From Alphaproteobacteria bacterium (GTDB lineage: Bacteria > Pseudomonadota > Alphaproteobacteria > Bin95), in contig OZ219787.1 of NCBI GenBank assembly GCA_964291285.2, positions 928,001 to 992,000 on the forward strand: DNA of 64,000 nucleotides. Reading direction: 5' to 3'. The position numbers were made by a program, and so were the translations under genes. Shown here piece after piece: positions 18,984 to 28,605 of the stretch. Below the pieces are notes generated by a model, which saw only the letters and a program-made list of their open reading frames with translations, ran no database searches and was not told where the DNA came from. Each line of letters starts with the position of its first letter. Positions within the stretch are counted from its first letter, which is position 1.

Positions 18984-20162
18984 TCAGACCCGCTTCGGCA
19001 GCATGAAGGCGCCGCAGAGAATCGCCGCCGCAGCAACCGCCAGCACCATGAACAGCGCCTCGAAGCCCCAGCTTTTGTGCAGCCAGGCGATCAGGTTGAG
19101 TGCCGTGGCCGCGACCGCGAAGGTGACGATGTAGCGGGCGGCGAAGGCGCGCGCGCGCCACTCGCTCTTCGTCATGCGCCCGATCAGCACATCGTTGATC
19201 GGGATCTGGCCGAACACCGCCAGCATGAAGCCGACGGCGATGAAGAAGGCGAGGAGCCCGTCGGCATGGATCATGGCGGCGAACAGCAGCGCCTGGCATG
19301 CCGCGACGCCGACGAACACCCAGCGGATCGAGTAGTTGTCCACGAGCCAGCCCACGAGGAGCTGCGCGAAGGCGGCGGCGGTGAAGGTGACGAAGGCGTA
19401 GCCGCCCACTTCCGTCGCCGATCCGGCGAAATCGGACAGGCGTTCGTCGAACACCTCGGGGAGCGCGAAGGTCGTGCTCTGGAAGACCAGCCCGCCGAGC
19501 GCCGTGGTGAAGAAGATGATTGCGAAGACGTGGATCAGCACGGCCCGGGTCGGGTCGGCTTCGCCCTGGACCGCCGGCTTTGCCTCCGCGACGGAGGCGG
19601 GCGTCTCGACGGGGCCGCCGCGCAGGAACAGCATCCAGGCGAGGCCGACGGCGATGGAGACGGCGCCGGGGACGAAGAAGGCGGCCCGCCAGCCGACAAG
19701 GTCGATCAGGATGCCGGTCACCAGCGCGGCCAGAGCCACGCCCATATTGCCGTAAATGCCGTTGACCGCGATGGGGATTCCGGTGCGCCCGCGCCCCTCG
19801 ACCACCATGGCGAGGCCGACGGGGTGGTAGATCGCGGCGAACACGCCGATGGCCAGCAGTCCCGCGCCGATCTGGAGCGGCGTGTCGGCGAACCCGGTGG
19901 CGACGGTGCTGGCCCCGATGCCGAGGAAGAAAACGCTCATCATCCCCTCGCGGCTCCACTTGTCGCCGAGCCACCCGGCCAGGAGCGCGAAGGCCCCGAA
20001 CGCAACGAGGCCGGCCGTCCCGTAGGGGATCAGGTCGTCATATGTGAGGTTCCAGGCCTCGGCCAGAAAGAGCGCCGCCACGGTGGCGAAGATCAGCATG
20101 GCGAGATGGTCGAGCAGGTGCCCGATATTCAGGAACAGGAACTGCGTCGAGAAGCGGGTCAT
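18984..20162 (-). CDS. MFS transporter
   Basis: About 12 hydrophobic segments. GHLLDH, GWLGDKWSR, AAIYHP. Confidence 0.9.
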   Translation of the reverse strand: MTRFSTQFLFLNIGHLLDHLAMLIFATVAALFLAEAWNLTYDDLIPYGTAGLVAFGAFALLAGWLGDKWSREGMMSVFFLGIGASTVATGFADTPLQIGAGLLAIGVFAAIYHPVGLAMVVEGRGRTGIPIAVNGIYGNMGVALAALVTGILIDLVGWRAAFFVPGAVSIAVGLAWMLFLRGGPVETPASVAEAKPAVQGEADPTRAVLIHVFAIIFFTTALGGLVFQSTTFALPEVFDERLSDFAGSATEVGGYAFVTFTAAAFAQLLVGWLVDNYSIRWVFVGVAACQALLFAAMIHADGLLAFFIAVGFMLAVFGQIPINDVLIGRMTKSEWRARAFAARYIVTFAVAATALNLIAWLHKSWGFEALFMVLAVAAAAILCGAFMLPKRV

Positions 20163-20172
20163 GGATCCGAGG

Positions 20173-21291
20173 TTACTCCAGTATCGCCATGTGGACGAAG
20201 TTCGAGACCACGTCGAGGCGTTCGCTGTGCCAGGGCTCGGGGTGGAGGCAGTTGGTGAGATAGGCGAAGGAGACGCCCGAGGCCGGGTCCGCCCAGCAGT
20301 AGGACGAGCCCACACCGCCATGGCCGAACACGCCCTCATGGCCGAGCGAGCCGAGGCCCCGGATCGTCTGGGTGCGGCCGCGCACATGCGGGCCGATGCC
20401 GCGGTGCATCGGCATCTCGAAGCGCTCGTCCACCCTCTCGCCGGTCCAGTTGCGGGTGCAGTAGGCGACGAGTCGCGGCGGGAAGAGCCGCACATCCTCC
20501 AGCCGTCCGCCCTGCACCAGCATCTGGTAGAAGGCCGCCATGCCCTTCGCGGTCGCGTAACCGCCGCCGCCGGGTATGCCGGCGCGGCGGATTTCGGGCG
20601 TGTTGCGCTCCGCCAGCGGTTCGAACCCGCCGCCATCGGCCGGCGCGTGCATATCGACGGCGCGGCCGTGCTCCGAATCCGGCAGGCCGACGAACACCTC
20701 GTTCTCCAGCCCGAGCGGCGCCGTGACCTCGTCGCGGATGAAGGCGCGGAAGTCCCGGCCGGAGACGGCCTCGATCAGCGCCGCAGCCGCCCAGTGCGCG
20801 GCCCCGGCATGGTAGTGGACGCGGCTTCCGGGCGTCCATTCGGCCTCGAAGCCGATGACGGCGCGCCGCCTGGCCTCGCGGTCCTCCCAGGCCTCCGGCG
20901 GCATGTCCGAGTTGGGAAAGCCGCCCTGGTGCGTCAGCAGTTCGAGCACGCTCTGCCGGCCCTTGCCGTGGGCCTCGAAGCCCGGCAGGTGCATGGCGAC
21001 CGGGTCGGTGAAGCGCAACCGGCCGTCCGCAACGAGCTTCCAGACCGCCGCCGCGGTAATCACCTTGGTATTGGAGAAGAGCAGCCAGAGCGTGCCTTCC
21101 TCCGCATCCTGCGGCGGGTCGAGCCGGGCTTGGCCGAAGCGCCGGTTGAGCGCCAGCCGCCCGTGCCGGGCGACGGCGATCTCGGCGCCGGGATAACGCC
21201 CCTCTGCGATATGGGCCTCGACCGTCTCGACCAGCCGCTCCAGCGGCCGCGGATCGAGGCCGAGCGCCCCGGCGTCCGCCATGTCCGTCAT
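20173..21291 (-). CDS. Serine hydrolase, beta-lactamase class C / esterase family
   Basis: FSNTK (SxxK), LLTHQGG, PGSRVHYH, FGHGG. Confidence 0.9.
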   Translation of the reverse strand: MTDMADAGALGLDPRPLERLVETVEAHIAEGRYPGAEIAVARHGRLALNRRFGQARLDPPQDAEEGTLWLLFSNTKVITAAAVWKLVADGRLRFTDPVAMHLPGFEAHGKGRQSVLELLTHQGGFPNSDMPPEAWEDREARRRAVIGFEAEWTPGSRVHYHAGAAHWAAAALIEAVSGRDFRAFIRDEVTAPLGLENEVFVGLPDSEHGRAVDMHAPADGGGFEPLAERNTPEIRRAGIPGGGGYATAKGMAAFYQMLVQGGRLEDVRLFPPRLVAYCTRNWTGERVDERFEMPMHRGIGPHVRGRTQTIRGLGSLGHEGVFGHGGVGSSYCWADPASGVSFAYLTNCLHPEPWHSERLDVVSNFVHMAILE

Positions 21292-21301
21292 GCGCGCGCG
21301 C

Positions 21302-21916
21302 CTAGAACGGGAACGTCGAACTGAATGCTTCCGTCGCCTCGCAGCGTTCGGCGAGCGCCGCCAGGGCCGGACAGGCCTCGGCGACCTTCATCGGCGGATG
21401 CGCGAAGCGCGCAAAGGTGAAGCCGCAGACGGCGGAGATGTCGGCCTGGCTCAGCGAATCGCCGACCAGCCAGCCGTCGCCGGCTTCGGCGGCGAGCCCG
21501 TCCAGATATTGCAGGCCGCCCAGCGCGCGTTCGCGATTGTGGGCGATCCAGCTTTCCTCCACCTTCTCCTTCGGGCGGAAGCGCGGCTCGTAGACGGCCC
21601 AGATGGTCCGGTCCATGGCGCCGGTGGCCATGGCGGTCGCGTGCATCACATCGCGGCGCGCCTTGCCGGAGGCGGGGATCAGCCGCTTGTCGCCTGCCAT
21701 TTCGTCGAGCGCGTCGAGAATGGCGTAGCTCTCGACCAGCGCCTCGCCATCGTCGAGCAGCAGCGTCGGGATGCGGAGCAGCGGGTTGTAACGCCGGACG
21801 GACTCGGGGTCGTCGAACACCGCGACCTGGTCGAGTTCCCAGTCGAGGCCCATCAGGTTGAGCGAGACTGCGACGCGGCGGACATAGGGCGAGCGGGTGG
21901 AACCGAGAAGTTTCAT
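21302..21916 (-). CDS. Glutathione S-transferase family protein
   Basis: SPYVRRV, NPLLRIPTL, ESYAI, SQADI. Confidence 0.9.
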   Translation of the reverse strand: MKLLGSTRSPYVRRVAVSLNLMGLDWELDQVAVFDDPESVRRYNPLLRIPTLLLDDGEALVESYAILDALDEMAGDKRLIPASGKARRDVMHATAMATGAMDRTIWAVYEPRFRPKEKVEESWIAHNRERALGGLQYLDGLAAEAGDGWLVGDSLSQADISAVCGFTFARFAHPPMKVAEACPALAALAERCEATEAFSSTFPF

Positions 21917-22070
21917 CGGGCTGGAAGCTCCTGGATGCGGGGATAGGACACCCGCACCATAGCGCGCTGCGCGTTCTTCCTCCAGCCTCCCCGTGCGCGA
22001 CCCGCCCGGCGCGGGCGGCGGCGGAAGGAATGGCCGGGACGGCGGCGCGCGTTTATTTTGAATTTTTTCC

Positions 22071-22104
22071 GTTGACGTCACGCACAGATATTCTATATAT
22101 GTTC
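22071..22104 (+). promoter_or_regulatory. Putative sigma70 promoter with overlapping LexA-like box
   Basis: AT-rich tract, then GTTGAC-N16-CTATAT (22071-22098). ATTC-N7-GTTC at 22090-22104 resembles the alphaproteobacterial SOS box GTTC-N7-GTTC. Confidence 0.55.
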
Positions 22105-22285
22105 CAGCGCAGCCCATGATCCCGAAGCGCTGCGCGCGCGTATGCCGGGGCCGTCAGGGCCTCCGGAAGCGGCCGACGGGTCGCCGTTCCGATGTGCAGC
22201 GCGCGCGCACTCCCCGCAAGCCGCCGGCGGAGGGCAGGCCGGCAAACCGGCGGGGTGCGCCTGCGCCGACCCTGCGGAGGGGCCT

Positions 22286-22340
22286 TGCCGCGCCGGACCT
22301 GCCGGTTCCGGGCGGCGCCCTGCCGCGCCGGACCTGCCGG
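22286..22340. repeat. 20-bp direct repeat
   Basis: TGCCGCGCCGGACCTGCCGG at 22286-22305 and 22321-22340. Confidence 0.85.
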
Positions 22341-22374
22341 CCCGCGGCCGCGGCTGCGGTCGGACATAATGGAA

Positions 22375-23401
22375 CCTGCTTATTCTTGAGAGTCATCTTG
22401 TGAGATTGTAGGTTTGGAAGGGTTTCTGTTATCGGGAGGTCATGGATATGGCATTCAAGGTTGCATCGCGTGTTCGTGGCTTGAGCGACGATGCGTTCCG
22501 AGCGTCGTTCGGCACGGAGGATCAGTGCCGGGCGGTGCTAGCCCGATTGCGCTGGCCGAACGGTTTCGAGTGCGGCTCCTGCGGGCATCGGGGGCACTGC
22601 ATTCTTGCCGGGCGCAGGCTTTACCAGTGCAACCGCTGCAAGAAGCAGGTTTCGGTGACGTCGGGGACGATCTTCCACTCGACCAAGCTGCCCCTGACGT
22701 TGTGGTTTGCGGCGATCCACCTTGTGGTGACGGCGAAGAACGGCATTTCGTCGGTGGAACTCGGTCGCCGCCTCGGGGTCAGGCAGCCGACCGCCTGGAG
22801 CATGAAGCAGAAGATCATGGCGGTGATGGCCCGGCGCGAAGCCGACACGCGGCTCGAAGGACGGGTCGAGATGGACGACGCCTATCTCGGCGGGTCGCGC
22901 TCCGGCGGCAAGCGCGGCCGGGGCGCGCCGGGCAAGACGCCCTTCGTGGCGGCGGTCTCGACCAGCGCCGAAGGGGCTCCGCGCAAGGTCAAGCTCGTCC
23001 CGGTCAGGGGCTTCCGCAAGCGCGAGATCGCGCGCGGCGCCAAACGCTGGCTGGCCCCGGGGACGGAGGTCGTCACCGATGCCCTGCACTGCTGGAACGC
23101 CCTCGACGGCATCGCCGCAAGCCACAGCGCCATCCGTACCGGCTCAGGCCGCCGGGCAGCCCGCATGGCCCCCTTCAAATGGGTCAACACGACCCTCGGC
23201 AACATCAAGAGCGCCATCGCCGGAACCTACCGAAAGCTCGGTCCCGACCATGCCGAACGCTACCTCGCCAGCTTCGCATGGCGATACAACCGACGATACC
23301 AACTCAACTCCATGATCCCACGCTTCCTTCACAGCGCCGTCAGAACACAACCCATCCCATATCAACTACTCATTGCAGGATGATCCTTGAGAATAAGCAG
23401 G
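22375..23401 (+). mobile_element. IS1595 family insertion sequence
   Basis: Terminal IR CCTGCTTATTCT / AGAATAAGCAGG. 8-bp target duplication TAATGGAA at 22367-22374 and 23402-23409. Confidence 0.92.
22442..23383 (+). CDS. IS1595 family transposase
   Basis: Zn ribbon (RWPNGFECGSC...YQCNRC), SVTSGTIFH, VEMDDAYLGG, VTD, RYNRR. Confidence 0.93.
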   Translation: MDMAFKVASRVRGLSDDAFRASFGTEDQCRAVLARLRWPNGFECGSCGHRGHCILAGRRLYQCNRCKKQVSVTSGTIFHSTKLPLTLWFAAIHLVVTAKNGISSVELGRRLGVRQPTAWSMKQKIMAVMARREADTRLEGRVEMDDAYLGGSRSGGKRGRGAPGKTPFVAAVSTSAEGAPRKVKLVPVRGFRKREIARGAKRWLAPGTEVVTDALHCWNALDGIAASHSAIRTGSGRRAARMAPFKWVNTTLGNIKSAIAGTYRKLGPDHAERYLASFAWRYNRRYQLNSMIPRFLHSAVRTQPIPYQLLIAG

Positions 23402-23423
23402 TAATGGAAAGAGGAGGACGACG

Positions 23424-23903
23424 ATGACGAACGAATGGAACGGTCCGGGGGCCGGCGCAAGGCCGGAGGAGGCGCCCCCGGAGCCGAAACGGGGCCAGGC
23501 CGCCAGCCTGGAGGTCCGCGACATGGCGGTGGCGGCCGTGCTCCGCCACGGCGCGAGCGCGGGCGCGGCGGCGCGGATCTTCGGGGTGAACGAGTCCAGC
23601 GTCCGCCGGTGGCTGAAGCAGTTCCGGGAGCACGGCCATCTGCGGCCCGGCAGGCAGGGCGGCAGCGAGTCGCAGATCGAGCGGCGGCGGGACGCCATCT
23701 TCCGTATCCTGGCGGCGCAGCCGGGGCTTTCCAGCTACGAGTTGCGGGACGCGCTGGCGGCCGAGGGGGTCCGTTTCAGCAGCTCGGCGGTGCAGCGCTT
23801 CCTGAGCCGTTACGGCCTGGCCGGCAGGAACAACCGCGCCCGCGCCCTCCTCCGCGAACTGGCGCCGCCGGCCTTGAGCCGCCGGCCCCCTCATCCCGGG
23901 TAG
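23424..23903 (+). CDS. HTH protein resembling the DNA-binding half of IS630 transposases; no DDE domain
   Basis: RBS GAGGAGG. AAARIFGVNESSVRRWLKQFREHG...P.LSSYELRDALAAEGVRFSSSAVQRFL. Confidence 0.7.
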   Translation: MTNEWNGPGAGARPEEAPPEPKRGQAASLEVRDMAVAAVLRHGASAGAAARIFGVNESSVRRWLKQFREHGHLRPGRQGGSESQIERRRDAIFRILAAQPGLSSYELRDALAAEGVRFSSSAVQRFLSRYGLAGRNNRARALLRELAPPALSRRPPHPG

Positions 23904-24088
23904 CGCCGGGCGGTCGATCCGGACTTCGATTCCACCGGACCCTTCGGAACCCGGTCGAACCCGGGCCATGCGCCCTGTCCGCCGGGTCCGGACCGGACGG
24001 CGGCGGGGCCGGATGCGGTTTTTCCTCCCCGCTCCCAATTGCCCGCCTTCGCGCTGTATGGTGGCGCCCATGAGGTTGGACCATCTGA

Positions 24089-25255
24089 TACCAGCGGTTG
24101 AGGGTTGAGACTCATTGAGGGGATTCCCAAGGTTATCGAGTTCTGACTCAATAGCGATTCTGCGATTGGAGGGTCGTTATGAGGGCAGCAATCCCCTTGA
24201 GGGAGGATTTTGATGCGGCGCAGTTGCGCGGCTTGGCGCAGCGGAGCCGGGATGGTTCGCAGAACCGTCGCCTTCTTGCGCTTGCGGTGATTTACGACGG
24301 TTACCGTCGTTCGGATGCGGCGCGTTTTGCGGGGGTGGGCTTGCAGATCATCCGGGACTGGGTTCTTCGCTTCAACGCGGAAGGCCCGGAGGGATTGAAG
24401 GATCGCAAGGCCTCAGGTCCGCCGCGCAAGTTGAACGGGGAGCAGCGCGCGGCGCTGGCGGCGGTTGTGGAGAGCGGTCCGGACCCGGCGATCCACGGCG
24501 TGGTGCGGTGGCGGCGCTGCGACCTGGCGGCATGGCTCAGCGAGCAGTTCGGCATCTCGTTGGCGGAGACGACGGTCGGGCGGGAGTTGCGCCGGATGGG
24601 CTACGCCAAGCTCTCTGCGCGCCCGCGCCACTATGCCCAGGACGAAGCCGCGCTGGCAGGGTTCAAAAAAACTTCCCCGACCGCCTGAAGGAGATCCGCG
24701 CTGCACTCGGCGACGGCGTCGAGGTCGAAGTCTGGTGGCAGGACGAGGCGCGCGTCGGGCAGAAGAACAAGATCACCCGGCGATGGGCTAAACGCGGCAC
24801 CCGACCGTCAGCGCCCAAGGACCAGAGAACCATCTCGGCCTACATCTTCGGCGCCATATGCCCGCAGAAGGGCAAGGCCGCCGGCCTCGTCATGCCCCAC
24901 GCCAACACGGAGGCACTCAACGCCCACCTCGCCGAGGTCGCCCTCACCGTTGAACCCGGAGCCCATGCCCTCGTCATGCTCGACCGGGCCGGATGGCACA
25001 CATCCCCGGCCCTCAAAGTCCCCGACAACATAACCCTGATGCCGCTCCCGCCCCGGTCCCCCGAGCTCAATCCCGTCGAGAATGTCTGGCAGTTCATGCG
25101 CGAAAATTGGCTCTCGAACCGCGTCTTCCAGAACTACGACGACATACTCGATCACTGCTGCCAGGCCTGGAACAATCTCGTCTCACAACCAGAACGCATC
25201 GCCTCCATCGGAACCCGAAAATGGGCCAATGGGTTCTGAACTATGCCCGCTGGTA
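24089..25255 (+). mobile_element. IS630 family insertion sequence
   Basis: Terminal IR TACCAGCGG / CCGCTGGTA, flanked by TGA on both sides (24086-24088 and 25256-25258). Confidence 0.88.
24179..25239 (+). CDS. IS630 family transposase (two ORFs joined by a probable -1 frameshift)
   Basis: ORF1 is the HTH part (IRDWVLRFNAEG, VVRWRRCDL). A7C slippery run at 24665-24672. ORF2 is the DDE part: WQDEARVG, LDRAGWH, LPPRSPELNPVENVW. Confidence 0.92.
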
Positions 25256-25947
25256 TGACATGGCCCGAAGTCGAGGCCTATCTCGGCCGGGCGGACGGCA
25301 TCCTGCTGCCGGTCGGCTCCACGGAGCAGCACGGGCCGAACGGGCCGCTCGGCACGGATGCGCTCTGCCCCGAGGGGGTAGGGCGGGCGGCGGCGGAGCG
25401 GCTCGGCATTCTCACCGCGCCCACCCTGGCGCTCGGCGTCGCGCCCTACCACATGGCGTTTCCGGGAACGATCACGCTCACGCCGGAGACCTTCCAGGCG
25501 GTCCTGAAGGAGACTATCGCCTCGCTTGCCCGGCACGGATTCGGCCATGTCTATGTGTTGAACGGGCATGGCGGCAACATTCCCTTCATCCGGGGTGTGC
25601 TGAAGGAAATGGAGTCCCCGCGCTGCAGGCTGCACAGCTGGTTCATCGGCCCGCGGGTGCGCGCGCTCGCAAAGCAGCTTTACGGCAAGGCCGAGGGCCT
25701 GCACGCCACGCCGTCCGAGATTGCGCTCGCCTGGCATGTCGCGCCCGAGACCCGGCGCGAGGACGTGGCCATGACGCCGAAGCGCGCCCCCGGGGGGTTC
25801 GAGAAGGAGCCGGACGCCTACCGGGCGCGGTTCCCGGACGGGCGCATCGGCTCCGAAGCCGCGCTCGCCCGCGCCGAGGACGGCGCCCGGCTGCTGCAGG
25901 CAGCGGTTGAGGATGTGATCGAGGACTACCGCGTCTTTACTGCGTAA
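25243..25947 (+). CDS. Creatininase family protein (native 5' end displaced by IS630)
   Basis: TWPEV, PVGSTEQHG, GTD, NGHGGN, HA..SE. Original start MRLDHL appears at 24070-24087. Confidence 0.9.
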   Translation: MPAGMTWPEVEAYLGRADGILLPVGSTEQHGPNGPLGTDALCPEGVGRAAAERLGILTAPTLALGVAPYHMAFPGTITLTPETFQAVLKETIASLARHGFGHVYVLNGHGGNIPFIRGVLKEMESPRCRLHSWFIGPRVRALAKQLYGKAEGLHATPSEIALAWHVAPETRREDVAMTPKRAPGGFEKEPDAYRARFPDGRIGSEAALARAEDGARLLQAAVEDVIEDYRVFTA

Positions 25948-27127
25948 TCGCTCCGTCGGCCGCCAGCGCCTCTATTTCCTCGGCGTCGAAGCCGGCCTCG
26001 GCCAGGATTTCGCCGGTATGCTCGCCGACGGCCGGGGGCTGGCGGCGGAGGCCGAAATCATGCGCGCCGATCTCGACAGGCAGGCGCGGCAGCCGCGTCG
26101 CCGGGCCGCCCGGAAGCTGCACGTCCAGCAGGCGCCCCTCATGGTTGAGCTGTGGATCCTCGAACAGGTGCACCGGCTTCGCGACGGGCGAGAAGGGCAC
26201 GGCGATCTCCTCCAGTATGGCGGTCATACCGGAGAGCGTGTGCGCCTTGACGGTCTCCGCGATGCGGGCGGCGATCCGGTCTCCCTCGACCACGCGGCTC
26301 TCATTGGTGGCGTTGCGCGGGTCGGCGAGTTCGTCCGCCCAGCCGAAATGCTCGCACCAGGCGCGCCAGTGGTTGTCGCTGGTGATGCCGATAAACACCT
26401 GCTCGCCGTCCCGGGTCTCGAAAGTTTCGTAGATCGCCCAGGCCCGGGCGCGCGCCGGCATGGGTTGCGGCTCGCGCCCCGTTGCGCTGATGCCGGCCAT
26501 GTGCTGCGACATGAGGAACGCGGTCGATTCGAACAGCGCCGACTTCACGAATTGCCCCCTGCCGGTCGCCTCGCGCTCCTTCAGCGCGCAGAGGATGCCG
26601 ATGACCGCATAGCTGCCGCCCATGATGTCGATGATCGAGGTGCCGGCGCGCAGCGGCCGGCCGGGCGGGCCGGTCATGTAGGCGAGCCCGGCCATGAACT
26701 GCACCACCTCGTCGAGCGCCGGCCGGTTCTCGTAGGGTCCGGAGAGGAAGCCCTTGAGCGAGGCGAAGACGAGGCGCGGATTGATCCCGCTCAGGGTTTC
26801 CCAGCCGCAGCCGAGCCGTTCCATGGTGCCGGGCGCATAGTTCTCGATCACGACATCGACGGAGGCGGCGAGCCGGTGGACGACCTCCCGGCCGCGGTCC
26901 GACTTGAGATCGACGGCCAGCGAACGCTTGTTGCGGTTGAAGCCGCCGAAGAAACCGGCGGCGAATCCCGGCAGGCGCCTCGTCTTGTCGCCGTCGGGCG
27001 CAGGCTCGACCTTGACGACGTCTGCGCCGAGATCGGCCAGCACCAGGCCGCAGCTCGGCCCCATGATCGTCTGGCAGAACTCCAGCACCCGGATGCCGGC
27101 AAGCGGAAGCGGGGCGTTTTCGGTCAT
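25937..27127 (-). CDS. CaiB/BaiF family III CoA-transferase
   Basis: PLAGIRVLE, LADLGADVVKVE, NRNKRSL, ENYAPG, GEHT. Confidence 0.93.
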   Translation of the reverse strand: MTENAPLPLAGIRVLEFCQTIMGPSCGLVLADLGADVVKVEPAPDGDKTRRLPGFAAGFFGGFNRNKRSLAVDLKSDRGREVVHRLAASVDVVIENYAPGTMERLGCGWETLSGINPRLVFASLKGFLSGPYENRPALDEVVQFMAGLAYMTGPPGRPLRAGTSIIDIMGGSYAVIGILCALKEREATGRGQFVKSALFESTAFLMSQHMAGISATGREPQPMPARARAWAIYETFETRDGEQVFIGITSDNHWRAWCEHFGWADELADPRNATNESRVVEGDRIAARIAETVKAHTLSGMTAILEEIAVPFSPVAKPVHLFEDPQLNHEGRLLDVQLPGGPATRLPRLPVEIGAHDFGLRRQPPAVGEHTGEILAEAGFDAEEIEALAADGAITQ

Positions 27128-27253
27128 CGGTCGCGAAACCTGTGTCTCGGGAATCGGTGCGCAGACTATGGGCCATTCGCGCGCCGGCTGCGACCGGGAC
27201 CGTTTGTCCGGCCGCGATGCAATTCCCGTGAATGATTGTCATTCATGTTATGA

Positions 27254-28495
27254 ATGGATATCATTCACGGGATGTTCGAAGCCCCTCTTCCGCGCCTCGT
27301 GGCGAAAACGCTTGAAGACCGCCTTGCCGTCATGCCGGCCGTCGTGCTCACGGGCGCGCGCCAGACCGGCAAGACCGTTCTCGCCCGGGGACTCGAAAGG
27401 AAAGGATGGCGCTACCGCACTCTCGACGACCCGGACATTCTGGACGCCGTCCGCCGCGACCCGGAGTCGGTTCTGGACGCGCCGGGCCCCATGGCTCTGG
27501 ACGAGGTGCAGCGCGCGCCCGACCTGCTCCATGCGGTCAAGCTGGCCATCGACCGTGACCGGCGGCCGGGACGCTTCCTGCTGACGGGCTCGGCCAATCT
27601 GCTTCTCATGCACCGCGTCTCCGAGTCGCTGGCAGGGCGCGCGAGCTACCTGACGCTTCGGCCCATGACCCGGCGGGAACGGTCGGGAAAGGGCGCGGGC
27701 GGTCTCTGGGAAGAGTTGGTCCACACGCCCGACGACCGTTGGCTCGACCTGCTTGCCGCCCAGCCGGACGAGCCGGAGGACTGGCGCAAGCTGGCGCAGA
27801 GCGGCGGGTTCCCCACGCCGGCGGTCCATCTGGAACGGGACGATGCGCGGACGGTCTGGTTCGACGGCTATGTGCGCACCTACCTGGAGCGCGACCTCCA
27901 GGACCTTTCCGCGATTTCCGCCCTGGTCGAGTTCCGCCGCCTGATGCGAGCGGCCGCGCTCAGGACCGGCCAGACCGTCAACCAGACCGAACTCGGCCGG
28001 GACATTGCGCTGCCGCAGCCGACGGTGCGGCGCTATCTCAACCTGCTGGAAACCTCCTATCTGCTGGCGCAGATCCCCGCCTATGCCGTGAACCGCACCA
28101 AGCGGCTCATCAAGGCGCCGAAACTGTATTGGGGCGATACCGGCCTCGCGCTTTTCCTCGCGGGCGGCGGAGAACCGGGCGGGGCGCATCTCGAGAATCT
28201 GGTGGCGATGGACCTGATGGCGTGGCGGGACGCCCGGCTCGGGCAGGCCGAAATCCTCCATTGGCGGACGGCCGCCGGCGAAGAGGTGGATTTCGCAGTC
28301 GAAGCCGAAGGCCGCCTGCTGCCGATTGAGGTCAAGGCGGCGAACCGGCCTCGACTAAGGGACGCCCGCCATCTCCGCAGTTTCCGCGCGGAATACGGCA
28401 ACAGCGCGCGACCGGGCTTGCTGCTGCACGCGGGTTCGCAACTGGAATGGCTCGCGCCCGACATTCTTGCTGCGCCCTGGTGGCGGGTGATGTAG
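27254..28495 (+). CDS. AAA+ ATPase with DUF4143 domain
   Basis: GARQTGKT (Walker A), LDEVQ, LLTGS, ESLAGR, GGFP, KLYWGDTGL, EVDF...PIEVK. Confidence 0.9.
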   Translation: MDIIHGMFEAPLPRLVAKTLEDRLAVMPAVVLTGARQTGKTVLARGLERKGWRYRTLDDPDILDAVRRDPESVLDAPGPMALDEVQRAPDLLHAVKLAIDRDRRPGRFLLTGSANLLLMHRVSESLAGRASYLTLRPMTRRERSGKGAGGLWEELVHTPDDRWLDLLAAQPDEPEDWRKLAQSGGFPTPAVHLERDDARTVWFDGYVRTYLERDLQDLSAISALVEFRRLMRAAALRTGQTVNQTELGRDIALPQPTVRRYLNLLETSYLLAQIPAYAVNRTKRLIKAPKLYWGDTGLALFLAGGGEPGGAHLENLVAMDLMAWRDARLGQAEILHWRTAAGEEVDFAVEAEGRLLPIEVKAANRPRLRDARHLRSFRAEYGNSARPGLLLHAGSQLEWLAPDILAAPWWRVM

Positions 28496-28605
28496 CCGTC
28501 ATGGCCGCCTGCGCTCTTGCCAGGGCGGGCGGCCGGGGTAATGCTGAGGCGTCCGTTCCGGAAGAGCCGGCCTTTCCAGATGTTCGCATACGCCTGCGCC
28601 AATCC

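Noticed and set aside
27254-28495. AAA+/DUF4143 ATPase as part of a new defence system
   Set aside because: A common stand-alone family with host-like GC and no partner genes here.
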